A stretch of DNA of 64,000 nt from Phallusia mammillata (Eukaryota): NCBI GenBank assembly GCA_965637545.1, contig OZ281500.1, forward strand, positions 8,804,001 to 8,868,000, in the 5' to 3' direction. This document shows, piece by piece, positions 1 to 21,234 of this stretch. Within the stretch, counting starts at the first letter, position 1. Every line of letters starts with the position of its first letter. The position numbers and the translations under genes were made by a program. The notes beneath the pieces were generated by a model. That model saw nothing but the letters and a program-made list of their open reading frames with translations, had not been told where the DNA came from and made no database searches.

Positions 1-31
1 ATTATTTCACTGTACCTGGAATGTTTTACAG

Positions 32-3000
32 GCATTTTTTCAACAAGGAAGGTGACTTTAACAATGTGACCAGTGTCTCCTACCATTCTGCCACACACAT
101 TCTGGTCACTGGTTTTGCCTCTGGCTCTTTCCAGATACATGAACTGCCTGATTTCAACCTCATTCATACTCTCAGGTGAAACTACGAAAAACTATGCCTA
201 CTCCTTTTCTCCTGGTTTCTCTATAACACTATAAGTCCAATACAAATATTAAAACCAATCAGGTAAAAACCTACAACATTAGTACTGAAGACAATTAGTT
301 TACTTGAGCATGTATCAATAGATTGCTAGAAACTGATCAACTTTTTCAAAACTCTTGTTCTTAATCTAACTTTTTTGTTTGCAGTATATCAGAGCACAAA
401 ATTACAGCTTCTGCATTTAATGTGACTGGAGATTGGATTGCCCTTGCTTCAGCAGATCTTGGTCAGCTACTGGTCTGGGAATGGCAAAGTGAAACTTACA
501 TAATGAAACAACAAGGTCATTTTAACGGAATGTCATGCTTGGATTATTCGCCAGACGGACGATACATTGTGACTGGTGGAGAAGATGGCAAGGTGCATAA
601 GTTTTGTTCTATAAAAACATCACATGAACCTAAATGTCTGAAAGACTAAAATGAAAAATTCAATACAAAGGGTTAATACCTAAAGTAGGGATTTGCTGAA
701 GAAAAAACAATTTTGGAAAAGTGCTTGATGTACTATGGAATAGTAGTCCTGATCTTTTTGTGTCTTTGCGTTTTAAGGTAAAAGTTTGGAATACAAACAG
801 TGGATTTTGTTTTGTGACATTTTCCGAGCACACAGCGGCCATCACCGGCGTCCAGTTTACTTCAAATGGTCACGTGATAATGTCTTCGTCCATCGACGGC
901 ACGGTCAGAGCATTTGATTTACACAGGTGTGACTTTTTTATTTTTTAAGGGTACAGTGAGCTTTTCTGTAGTGCGTGGTATTAGTCTAATTTAAACCGAC
1001 GTAGATGCAAACAGATAACTCATTTGTTTACTACAGGTATCGGAATTTTCGAACCTTCACTGCGCCACGTCCCACACAGTTTTCGTGCCTTGCTGCTGAT
1101 GGTAGTGGGGAGCTTGTGGGGGCAGGTTCTGAAGACAATTTCGAAATATACGTATGGTCTGTAAGAACTGGACGACTTCTGGATGTACTTGCAGGTTGGC
1201 GTTTGTTGTTTGTATTTGTTATGTAAGTGATATCAAGTCTAAGTATTAATTCTCACACCAAAAGCAACCACAAAGCTGTATTCTGTGCAAGTATATTGTT
1301 TAGGTTCACTGTTTTGCGTTTTGCGTATTAAAAACAAAAATCTGTTTTAATTCCAGCACATGAGGCCCCCGTTTCAAGTATTGCTTTCTCGCCAAACGAA
1401 AGTTTGTTGGCAAGCGGATCGTGGGACCACAGCGCCATCTTGTGGAAGATTGGCGACGAGAAGGGAGCGCGTGAAACCATACAGATTGGACATGACGGTA
1501 AAATACATCACTGTACAATCATTACAAGTCACTTTAATTAATACCAAAAATCGTGCTTAGTTATGTCTGTTGCTTTTCGACCTGACGGCAAGGAGTTAGC
1601 TGTTTCTTCACTCAACGCGGAAATAAGCTTCTGGGATGTTCAAACTGCTACGCAAAACGGGTCCGTCGAGTGCAGGTGGGAAAGCTAAAACCTTATTGAT
1701 GAAACTGATTCTTTTTTTTCATAGAAAAAGTGCTTGAAACATCATCGTTTTTATCGTTTTTTTCGCATCACTAGTGGAAAGCCTACCAGGTGGTGCACAA
1801 GTTTACTGTAGCTAAAAAATCAAAATAACATAATTAGTATTATAATTAGCATGAACTTTTAGTTAGAATGATACATTGTGCGTTTGTGCCACAATCACTT
1901 TACACAAACTAAACTGATAGTAGGCATTGTAGTTTAGCCTATTTTCGGCATGTAAGTGGCAAACGAACAGGTTTTTCGGATATGAGTGGTACCCGACTTG
2001 AAACATTTTGGCAAACACTGTTTTATTCAAAATCAAATGCCCCACTGACCGTTACTGGGTCGCAGCCTGGTGTTTGCAGATCCCTGCTTTTAGGGCATCG
2101 AACAGTTTTTTTCCCGACATGTCAGTGCACATTTTTGTTTCCTCTAGACACGATATTGGAGGCGGACGAAGTCAAACCGACCGGGTTTCAGCAAAGACGA
2201 GTTCGTATGGAAAAGCTTTCCAGACTCTCTGTTACACTGCAGATGGCGAAGCAATTATCGCTGGTGAATAGAAATTGCAAAAATAGTTCAATTAACTGTG
2301 TGTGCTTTGCTGTTTGACTGATGTGGACTGCGCTTTAGGTGGACAGACGAAAAACGTGTGCGTTTATCATGTGAGGGAACAAATGCTAATGAAGAAGTTT
2401 CCTATATCAAAAAATCTTTCCTTTGATGCCATGGAGGTGATTTTCCTTTTTTTGTCGTCATAACTTTTAGAAAGAGAGCACCTAAAACTCGCCTGAATGA
2501 AACGCACAAAATATTTTAACAGCTAGCGCTCGACCATTTCCTTTTCGGTTGTTCTGAATTATTCTTTCCTAAAAGCATGAGATAAATATATTCATACTGG
2601 GATCAGTCCTGAAGCGTCGATGCAGACCAGCGATCAAGGCATACTTATCGATAAGTACGCCGTCAAAGGCGTCATACCGATTCAACCGGTCTCCCAAGCA
2701 TTCCCATATATATACATTATTCCCGGCTTTTACCCTTTTTCCATTGTGACGAATGCCCATAGAAATGTGTTTTTTTCATCAGGAATTTTTGGACAAGCGA
2801 AAAATGACAGAGTTTGGACCTTCAGCGTTGATCGACATGGGAAAAGAGGACGAAAATGGGACCGCCCTTAAATTACCCGGGGTTCGAACTGGGGATTTAA
2901 GCTCCAGATCCTTCAAACCTGAAGTCCGAGTTTCGTGCATACGATTTTCTCCAACAGGTGAGGACCTGACTTGTAACTCCTTTTGACCCATGCAAAGTTC

Positions 3001-4887
3001 GCATATATTGCCGTTTGAATGCAAGGGTGTTGGATGTTGGAGAAATGCAGAACATTATAAAACGCACGAAAACACAGAAGTTGTAAACCATGTATCACGC
3101 GATTTTCTTAATTAGCCACTGACAAGAACATATTTTACAGGCCGCGAGTGGGCGTGCACGAGCACCGAGGGCCTGATGATTTACAGTTTGGATTCTAACC
3201 TTGTTTTTGATCCTTACGACCTCGATATCGACGTGACGCCTCAAAACATTCGAAAATTGCTGGATGTAAGGAAGACTTTACAATTTTATGCACGCATGTT
3301 GTCAAAAGTTTATGATATATTTGGGCACATTTGAATGTTGTTTATTTTCCATTTTCTTTCACAGAACAAAGACTACAGTAAAGCTTTTATAATGAGCTTT
3401 CGATTGAATGAGAAGAAACTGATAGAAGAAGTGGTTGAACACATTCCACATACACAAAGTAAGTAGTGCACCTGACGAAATGCCTGTTTGTGAAGAATAG
3501 TAGATTTTCATATTAATCTAGAATCTAGATCTAGACAGTTCGTAAATATTTGCGCAATTTGTCCGCCTGCGATATGCCAGGAAAGAAGCATCTTCCAAGA
3601 CCTCAATTCACAGAGCGTTTTGGTCAGATCAAAGTGGTCATTATATTAAAATAGAAATCTCATTTCAAAGTCAATGTTATTGCGGCTGATGCCTATCCCA
3701 TTTATAACATAAACTAAACAACTCCCTTCCCAATGCTAACCAACATACGTATGTGTTGTTCTGCAGTCGACGCTATCAGCAAAAACCTGCCACAAATTTA
3801 CGTGGAAAAGTCGCTTGAGTTTATAGCACAACAACTGGACGCTTCCCCTTACATCGAGTTCTACCTTCGCTGGTGCCGAGCGCTTTTGGTCAATCACGGG
3901 CCTGTGTTGAAGAAACGATCGAACCAAGTTATGACCACGATGCGTCATCTGCAGAAGGGCTTAACCGGAAAGGCGCAAACCATAGGAAAACTGTAAGCAA
4001 AGATTATCTGATACGGGGCAACTACTGTTAGATTTAATCCCGATCTAAGCATGAGCTAATCGAGCGATTAAATTGCCGATAAATACGTCACTGCATATAG
4101 TTGTATGTGGAAAGGATGTGGTTTGAGGTCGTGCAAGACGGTTGTTGCCTCGCGGCGGGGCATTTTCGCGACGCTGCAACTAAGGGATGGTTTCGAATCA
4201 AGGCGATGGGAATCAAAAGTTTTTACAAACTGACCCGGGTGCGCCTAAATGTACAAATAGATTGCTGTTTGACCTACACCGTCCGATGGGCTTTATGCAT
4301 TTAAGATAATCATCATCGTCAACAAACGTGTAAACGCACCTTGTTTTGTTGATTTATCTTTTAGATGTCCCTTTAACTGACGACACAAGACAACTTCGAA
4401 ATCATTAGTATGCAACAATGCCCCGATTGAATTGAAGGAGCACCTCCAAAATACTAAATATAGGCGAAAATTTGCATTGCTTACAGAGTTGGGTTAAGAT
4501 TACTGCGCACTTTTGTCGGGCGCCAGATTCTATTATTGTTACTATGGCAACAAAGCATGGCTAATAAATTACAAAAAATGACCACAAAATTAAACAATTT
4601 TTGAAGAATTGACTTACGGTTTCTGCACTCGGCGAAGTCCATCGAAAATATCCTCCAAGTCAATAGGATATCTCATGAAAAAAATACTGACTAAAACACA
4701 CGATATATACTGAATTATTTTTTTCAGTTGCGACTCCAACGTCCACCAGATGCGCTACATCCTCTCACTGGCTAAGCTGCAAAAGCTAAAACTTGCCAAA
4801 GAACCAGAAGCCGAAGAAGCAATAGTTGGAAGTGAAAGCGACGAAAGTGATGACGATTTACAAATAATGTCGGTTGCCGCCACGTGA
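32..4887 (+). CDS. PWP2: Periodic tryptophan protein 2 homolog (WD40, SSU processome/UTP-B), 5' part outside the window
   Basis: Phase-consistent exons: 32-175, 385-592, 778-926, 1037-1194, 1357-1497, 1561-1675, 2148-2263, 2339-2436, 2783-2957, 3141-3265, 3365-3458, 3767-3992, 4728-4887 (TGA). Peptides match recalled PWP2: HFFNKEGDFNN, LGQLLVWEWQSETYIMKQQGHFN, YRNFRTFTAPRPTQFSC, EFLDKRKMTEFG, EGLMIYSLD. Confidence 0.95.
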
Positions 4888-5520
4888 TCCGCATTGCTAT
4901 GGAAACGCAGTTATTAACCACGTGAATCTGTTTGGCCCTGTGCCAATGCTTGAGGTGTGACAAAACAGATGTCTTAACGCGTACTGTTTTGCATTTCCGA
5001 TTTTCGCAAATACAAAGACATTCCGCGACAAACAGTTTCTGCTCATAAATTAATGGGTTTCTCTCCGGAGGGATTGTTTGCTTTTCTTTCCTTCCCTGTG
5101 GTTTGTCAGCCTTGTCAAATTTTTTAGTGGTTTTAAATGAAACTCTTTCTTTTGTAGATGGTTTTGTAAATGGAATGTAGTTTGTAGTAAGTGTAGCCTA
5201 ATCTTTGTATAGCTGAAGTTCTTTTGAGAACCTCAGTTGAAGCAGTGGTTACGAAAATTTAGCAAGGTAAGCACATAAGAGAGCGGCATTTATTTCGTCC
5301 ATTTACAAGCACAAAACCACGCGATTTCACATTTCTTAAAAAACACGGAGACGGGCGCTTGGAATGACAACTTGAGATGACAAAGCACAATGCAGGTAGT
5401 CCAAATTTACCAACAAAGAAACTTCACGAAGACTGAAGTTTCCTGAAAGCGTCGTCCTGCATAATTTTGGCACTGCATCTAGAGGTACGAAAAAAAGGTA
5501 ACATGGCAGCTTCAAGTGGT

Positions 5521-13686
<8,166 letters not shown>

Positions 13687-15480
13687 TGTGTGTTATTACA
13701 AACTGATTTACAACCAGTTTACCCAAGAAAAAGGTAGGTCTAATAATAATTCATGTCAATTAAACACAACAGTAAGTGTTTTGTATTTCATAACTCTGAT
13801 TCTAATTTGATTTATAACTCATAAGTTGCAGTAAATAAAAAAAATTGTAGAATTGTGTGAGTGAAAACAGATTTTAGTTTTTTAGTGTGATGTCAAATTA
13901 GAACAATTTTAACAACGATGAACTTGTATCACTAGTTTGTGCAAATTAGCATAAAGATTGGTATGTATAAACAGTGGGTCCAATCTTAGCAAATGCAAAA
14001 TAAAGATATTTAATACCAGTGTTAAACCTAACTAAAGTGCCCAAAGTAGTACTTAACTTCTTGAGAAATCCTAAAAGAAACTAAGACTAAAACATCACTA
14101 TTTTGTTCATACAAATATTAATTATAAGTGCAAGATTTCCAAGCAGTATAATTGATGCAACTAAAACCAATGTATTTTAAGACAAAACATTATTTGGTAA
14201 ATACCAAAAAAACGGCTAATGCTTCAAACCAACAGTAATGGAAACCTTAACAACAGTCAACAATTGCTGTGGAAAATTTCTGTTAACTTATTGGTAGCCT
14301 CAGTTTAGCTGAGTTGCATTATTGGATTTACTGCATTACTAATTACTGTTTAAAATTACATTAAAAGATTGTTTTGACCAGTTAAACTTAAACGAACCCT
14401 ATACAATTTAACAACAATTGCAATTCGTACCACCCCCATTGTCTCGAATGTATCCACGTGATGGCGGGAAACAGTTCTCTCGTGCTGCTGAATCCAAGCC
14501 AAAAGTTTTACCCCAATACGGTATTATAGGTGTTTTTTTAATACGCAGGTATGCATATTTTTCAAACATATTTTTTTTAAAGTAATGTACCTTTATAAAT
14601 CGTGCTAGATAATCTTTTATGTACACTCCGTTTGTATTTAACTCCACCGCATAGGACATCTTACACGAGTAAATATTTTATTCATGAGCGCAAAATAAAA
14701 GTACGACAAACAAATTTTGGCAATTTGCGGCCTACCATTTATCAATAGGAATTAAATTTTACCTAAATCTTTTCTGAAATAAATAATGATAAACTATGAA
14801 AACAGATTTTAAAATCGTCTGTGCTGGGAGTGAATTTCCAACCAGGGTCATAAACGACATGTTCTTGGTTTTCCACGTGAGCTACCTTTGTTAGCAGTTG
14901 CATCCTATGATAGGTTTTTGAGGTGTGGTGCGATTTTCTAACTATTCAGAAATTATATTTAAACAATTCTGTTTTTAAAAAATGTATTTTTAACATTCCA
15001 AACATAAAAAACAATTGATTTAAATCTTCTCACGAAAAATAAGTACAGGTGTGTGTATTTTGTATATTTTAGGGCTAGGAAGAAAATCACCAAAGCTTCG
15101 CCAAAAGTACATAAAGTGGCACCGGTCTTATTTTTCTATTGGGTGTTTAGGTGAAACTGCGGTTTCGACCACACCACATGCGGTTCGGGTAAAGTGGTGC
15201 AAATATAGTACACCAAAAATAATAAGCACACCCGGATAATGACGCTACCATTTTGATATACATCAGACTTACCTGATATGAAAAGTTGCCTTTGTGTCGT
15301 GTCCAACTTCAAACACTTTCCTGCTTCACACTAATTTGTGCTCTTGTACATTTTTTCTGAAAAGCGCGTACCTGGAGAATTGATTTGTTTACTCGTGACG
15401 GACACTTGTTTTTTACCTGGAACTTTGACGAACTGCTTCTGTTGAAAGGTGACAAACATTCGAGTCATTGACATTAAAAC

Positions 15481-15617
15481 ATGCTACAAAACACCATAAA
15501 AGAATAACCATCTAAATATATCTTTTGGAATATGTAATACGTATATTTAAAATGCTACAAAACACCATAAAAGAATAACCATCTAAATATATCTTTTGGA
15601 ATATGTAATACGTATAT
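15481..15617. repeat. Two-copy tandem duplication, period 71 bp
   Basis: A 66-bp block ATGCTACAAAACACC...TACGTATAT occurs identically at 15481-15546 and 15552-15617. Confidence 0.95.
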
Positions 15618-18600
15618 GAAAATGTTTTGAATTTAAACATCACCCAGCAGCTGCCAATATCGTACAGCGTGTCCACTAGGTCCATTTTTTGGTTCAAACA
15701 AAAAATATTTCATACTTATACTCACATTTAAATGTCAAATTTGCCTTCGAATTGTGTACTGTAAACAGTTTCAGTATTGATGCGATATTATCGTTATATG
15801 TCCGCGGGCAATTGGTGCAGGAAAGGGAGGGATATATTGGAATAAACTTTACTTGCGTTAGTAAATTGGTTTATCCGTATTTCATACAGGAAAGGTTTTA
15901 TCATGTCATGAACTATTTAATGCAATGCAAAATGCTGGATCGTTTAGCAGTCTTCTTCAATGTGGTCTACATTCATGGTTTAGGCAGTGCATGTCAAACA
16001 TTTGCGTGCATGCTGCATACAAATGTGACAGCTTTGGAGTGGAATGTCGCTTGAAGTGCTTTGATATACAGTGGAGTCAATTTCGATTTAATCACCCCAC
16101 GGAGAATTCTGGAGACAGTGTATAGAGTTCAGTTGCCGTAAAACGCTTACTCGAGGTCAAATTCGGAAAAACAAATTACTGTGTAACCGCACAAAACTGA
16201 AACGTGGAAAAGCAATTTGCTAGTGGCATTGGGTCATTTTAGCCAAAGCGCACATAGACATCATTGTCGAACAAGCAGACCATTAAAATGGAACCACAGT
16301 AAGCCTGTTCACATAAGCGGGTAAGATTCAAAACTTGTCCCTTAAATTTACTCCAGGTTCTGACAACACATTCTTGGTAAATTCTAAGTCTGAAATAGCC
16401 TCTGTTCACATGGATATCAATTTACCCTCTATTTATTCCATTTTCCGTCTTAGTACAGTCATAAAACATACCACAGGGATTTAAATTATGATAGGATAGG
16501 TATTGCGGCTTTCGGGTTAACGTTTCTCTTTCATGCTTCTTTTTTGACATTTTAACAAAGAAAACAACACAACTTTGTTACCTCATGTGACAATTTCATC
16601 AGCCAATTTATTTTTATGATCTTTGCAGTTTGCATTTTGTTTCTGATAACAATTAAAATATTTAAAAACCATGATATCTCATAAAGTCACAGACTGTGTA
16701 AGAAAAGCATTCGATAAAATTTACCCGTTTTTGTTTAAAATATACCCACCAAATCTACCTGGGTAATTTTATCAACATTTACCCTGATATTTATCTAATT
16801 TTTCGTTTGCTATTTTTGATAAAAAACAGTGTAATTTACTGTAATTTTGTTTGTGTATGTGTTATTCCTAAACGAAGGCCCAGAACATGCAAAATGAAAC
16901 TTTTATTACCTATCATAAAAAAAAGCTATGAAGGCATTTAGCACGAGTAAGGCACCGAGGCAAACGCAAACGATGGATAAAAGCTCTGTGGACGGATTAC
17001 ACCGTTTATTGCAAAAGATGTACAGTATTAAAGGGAATACAGTACGGTTCAGTTCATCTGCAGTGCAGCGGAAAAAGGATATCGTGGGTGCTATGCAGTA
17101 TCGGTTCATTTTGTGCTGTTCTCGCTGTTTCGAAAAAGTATTTGTTGGCAAATTCGAAAGTATAAGTGTAAACGTAAGAATGCAGAGTGTAACCATTCAC
17201 GTTTATATATTAGATAACACAGGCATTCGTATGGAATCTTGTTTGTGTCAAAATGCAGGAAATTAGGCAGAAAATTGAAATAAATAGGTTTCAGAAACCG
17301 AAAATAGACACTCTTTTCGCATGATTTGTGCTTTGAACGGTATGCATGTGTACTGTTAGCAATCCGTACAGTTTTGTGCGAAAGTTTATTTTTACGTATA
17401 AACGTTGAGAATAGGTTTGTTTAGTTACATTTGTGTTTGGGTCAGTGTTTGCGGGTGTAACCTATGTTCAATGGACCGTGTAGGAAGCGCACGTGATGTT
17501 ATCGCGTTCAGAAAGGGTTACAACCATTTTGATGAGTATATGTCCTACATTTTTATCGCAGATACCTTTGACGGTGATCTAATCGTGATGCCGCGTGTAT
17601 AAACCGAAGCGATGTTATCGTCACAACTGGTTTTCACGATCATATACGGTTTTCAAAATGCGGGTGTTGAAATGTCAACGCTATCTTTCGCAAACTGTTT
17701 ATCACCAAACATAGAGCATTGTACCATAGTTGCTGATTGTTCGTTGCATTTCTGGGGATTTCTAACGTGACGCTACCTGTGTGTCCTTTTGTTTGATACA
17801 AAACAACTAGAGATGTCCAGCAAGCGTGTTTAAGCTAGCGCGACTGATTAAAGTCCATTTTGACTTAGCGGGATTTGGGCTAAAATTGCCGGAAAAAACA
17901 AACTTTTCGAACCACAAACGTTACGTCGTGTGGTGAGTCCCAAGCCCCCAGAAAACCCCAGTCGATTTGGTTTCCATTTGTCCAGTAATAGATTTCCCCA
18001 ATACTGTGAGTCATCAGCAATAAATGTGTCACAACCCCAATAGGAAATACACAGATATTGTCGCAAACGTGATGTTTTTCGGAAGTGCATCAAGGCGGGT
18101 ACTGGATTTTGGTGAAGATTTTATTGAATTAATGTTAGGCTCTCCATATTACTCATGCGCGATTCATAAGTGTGTTGCCTTTATAAAGACTTTCTTCAAA
18201 TATAGGGCTGATTCTGTCCAATTGGGACAAGGTGCGGCATGATTTGAATGTAGAGCGACCTTTATCACAACTAACAAAAACAATATTTTTTTTACATTTA
18301 CATCCAATGCCGATCCCTTGCCTTTAACGTAGAAATTGCTATGTTAGTAATGTTTTTTTTTGCAAAATATATTTGACAGCATTAAAATTATTTTTTGCCA
18401 ACAAAACTTCAACCCATTTTTTTGTCATTTTAGGGAAGGAATATTAAACTTTGCTAAGCAGTTTTTCCGGCGCCTAAAGAAATTTACTTTTTTATGGCCA
18501 TAATCCACGAATTCCAAACAATTGCGCTCGAGTGATTTTGGGGCCAGTCGTGAAATTCAACACATTTATGACATTCTTGTTCACTTCTGTAACGTATACC

Positions 18601-21234
18601 GTTCGAACCGCAAATAACATAGCGATTTTATCTTATTACCTTTTTGTTGTAAATGTCAGCGTAAACTATTTTCACGAGCACCTGCACCGATAAATAAGTA
18701 TTGCATAGTTTATTTTGACATATTTTGACATAATATTTTTACGTGCTTTAGTATTTATGGGGAAACCTTTACTATGTAAAATTAAAAATCACAGCATTTG
18801 CTGCCAACCCTCTGTACATGAATTACTCTGAGAATTGTTTAGCTCTTTATACAAAACATTTCAATCTCAATCGCTCTTTTCCAAAAAACACTTATATATG
18901 TTTTCAAGGAAGGCTTCCCGAAATTGCCGACTACAAAACAGTTTTTCCGAACTGTGTACTTTCACACGTATCAACAGTCTTTTCGCATACCGGCACCAAA
19001 CCACTGTAAAAGTCAATCGACCTTGTCGGTACATCCTATTACCAATCAGCACTGATCTCATAAACAAGGGTGACTGAGAACTCGCTTTGAATTGCCGTGA
19101 TGTAATGCTGGTGTATCGAGTATGGGAAATGGAAGTGACTCTAGGGTTTTAATTTGTCGCTATTGACGTTTAAAAAAGGCGCATGACGCATCATGAACAC
19201 TCGGTATCCGTTTTGACAATGATATTGGGCGGGGCCTCTAAACAAGGGTCCTTCGTCATTTCAATCCGCATTATAAACATTTGGAGCTATATTTGCGGTA
19301 GAACTGTAGGGGCAGCTGGTTAAGCCTCCCACAGGTTATGCTTTGCCCAATAGCTAACGGTGTGAGAGTAATGAGAAGCGACAAACGACATAAATAATAA
19401 CTTTTAACGAAGTTGTTTTCGAACTGGCGGCCATAGCTAACTTATCTAAGTTATGACATCCGCGCGACTGCCCAAAGGCAATCAACTAACCAATCAACCA
19501 AATATTGGATAACATCTATTTGCGCGACACGTATGTTTCCATGGGACTTTGCTGACAACAATTCACTCGGTGTCACGGTATGTATATTGTTCTGTCAGTG
19601 ACGCACAATTTTAGTGACGCGTTAAATTGAGTGTGTTTTTGTCTTCTATGCGCCTCTTTTCTGTGATAATACAGTTGAGCTACACTGCAAACAAAGTTTC
19701 ACGTGCAACGTCTTTGTTGTCGTAAAACGCTGGAAAACCATTCATCGCGTTGCTTGACAAACAACAAAAAATAGGGAATGTCGCATTTTTATCGACAATC
19801 GGTCAGTCAATTACCCTATCGTTTTCTAAAGATGGATGCAAATCAATGTCAAGTATTGCAGCATTGCATAGTTGAAGGTAATGCTGGAGGCAAATCTTGC
19901 AGAGCTCTGCGTAACCCGCAATCACTGCAAGCTGTTTACCCTCGACCGCGGTCGTCCACATGCAATCAAAGCTCGCAATCACACGGTGATCGCAATGATA
20001 ATTTGCGCCCTTATATCTTCACGAGTACAATTAGTTTTTATTTATCCCTTTGGCCGGCTTCACTAAAAATAGATTTTAACGTGACTTTTGCATTGAGGTC
20101 GAGGATGTTGACAAGGACCGAGAGGCATAAGCACACACAAACCTCAATGAGACAGCGTTTTTGGGTCTGAGCGGAGTGAGCAAAACGAAAACTCTCAATT
20201 ATTGCAGCGCGGTATGGGGCTGAATCGTATCCGTGGGCAAACTTCGGGAACAAGTGCAGTTTTCATAGGAAGTTGTTCAGTCGGCACACAAATAGCAGGG
20301 AAATTTTGCTTGCTTCTGTGATAAGTATTGGATTTGCTGCGGACAGGAGCGAAACTTGACAATGCTGACAGTACAGCGGTCTAGGAAATTTTGTGTTCGA
20401 AAAGGTTACATCTATTTTTGAGCTCAGACTTTCGCTAGTCTTTTCCAGACTACCGCACAAATCAGGTACGGTATCACATCGCGAGGTAAAACGTTTTTGG
20501 TCTTGCACAATGTTACTTATAAATAGAAAAAGTGGGTCACAACATCGCCTTGATCCTTTAGTAAAATCCCCAGCTTCCTGCTGACTTGTCCAATTTCGTG
20601 ACGGACATCACGAAACCAGCGGCGATCGACAACTTTTGGGTCAAAATCCGCGAGTTTATTCAACCGGATACAGTTACGCTAAATCGGTCTGTAGACCTGC
20701 CCCGGTGGCCATCTCGCGCCAGGTTCGCGTTTCCGTAAAGCGGCAAGCGTCCTTCGTACTTTAAGGAGAAACCTCGTTTCGTGATCGTGTTGCCGACAAC
20801 CTCGCAAGTGATTCACAACCGCTGTGACGTCGCTTGTGTAACGCTCTGTCGCTTGTAGCTTGTTCGTTTAATCTGTTAAATGTTTTTGTTTGTGCGCTAC
20901 CTGCTTGGCCAGGGAAAAAACACCTACTGCGGTATACGTCAGTCGTATCTGGCGATTAAACATTTTGAAGCCTTCAGGAGGCGAGTGACGTAATATGATC
21001 GGAGCCTGTGAGCGTCTCTCTCTCGTCAGACTTTTTCTTCTGACAAAAGGTAAAGTATATAAAGCCAAGAAGGTATGACATTTAGGTATAGCATGGGCCG
21101 CCGCCGTGGGCCGCAGTCAGGATTAACAGAGCTTTCAATTACGATTGCTGTTATGTTGTAACAAATATAAAACTGTTTTATGTTTCTTTAGAAAGCTACA
21201 TTAAAGAGTTTAAAGCACTGATAAGAATAGGAAT

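Noticed and set aside
1676-4727. Intronic snoRNAs in PWP2
   Set aside because: I looked for C/D box pairs with terminal stems and found none convincing. A covariance-model search (Infernal/Rfam) would be needed.
19778-20170. 130-aa plus-strand ORF upstream of the P450
   Set aside because: No motif, no splice support and unremarkable composition; likely a chance ORF.
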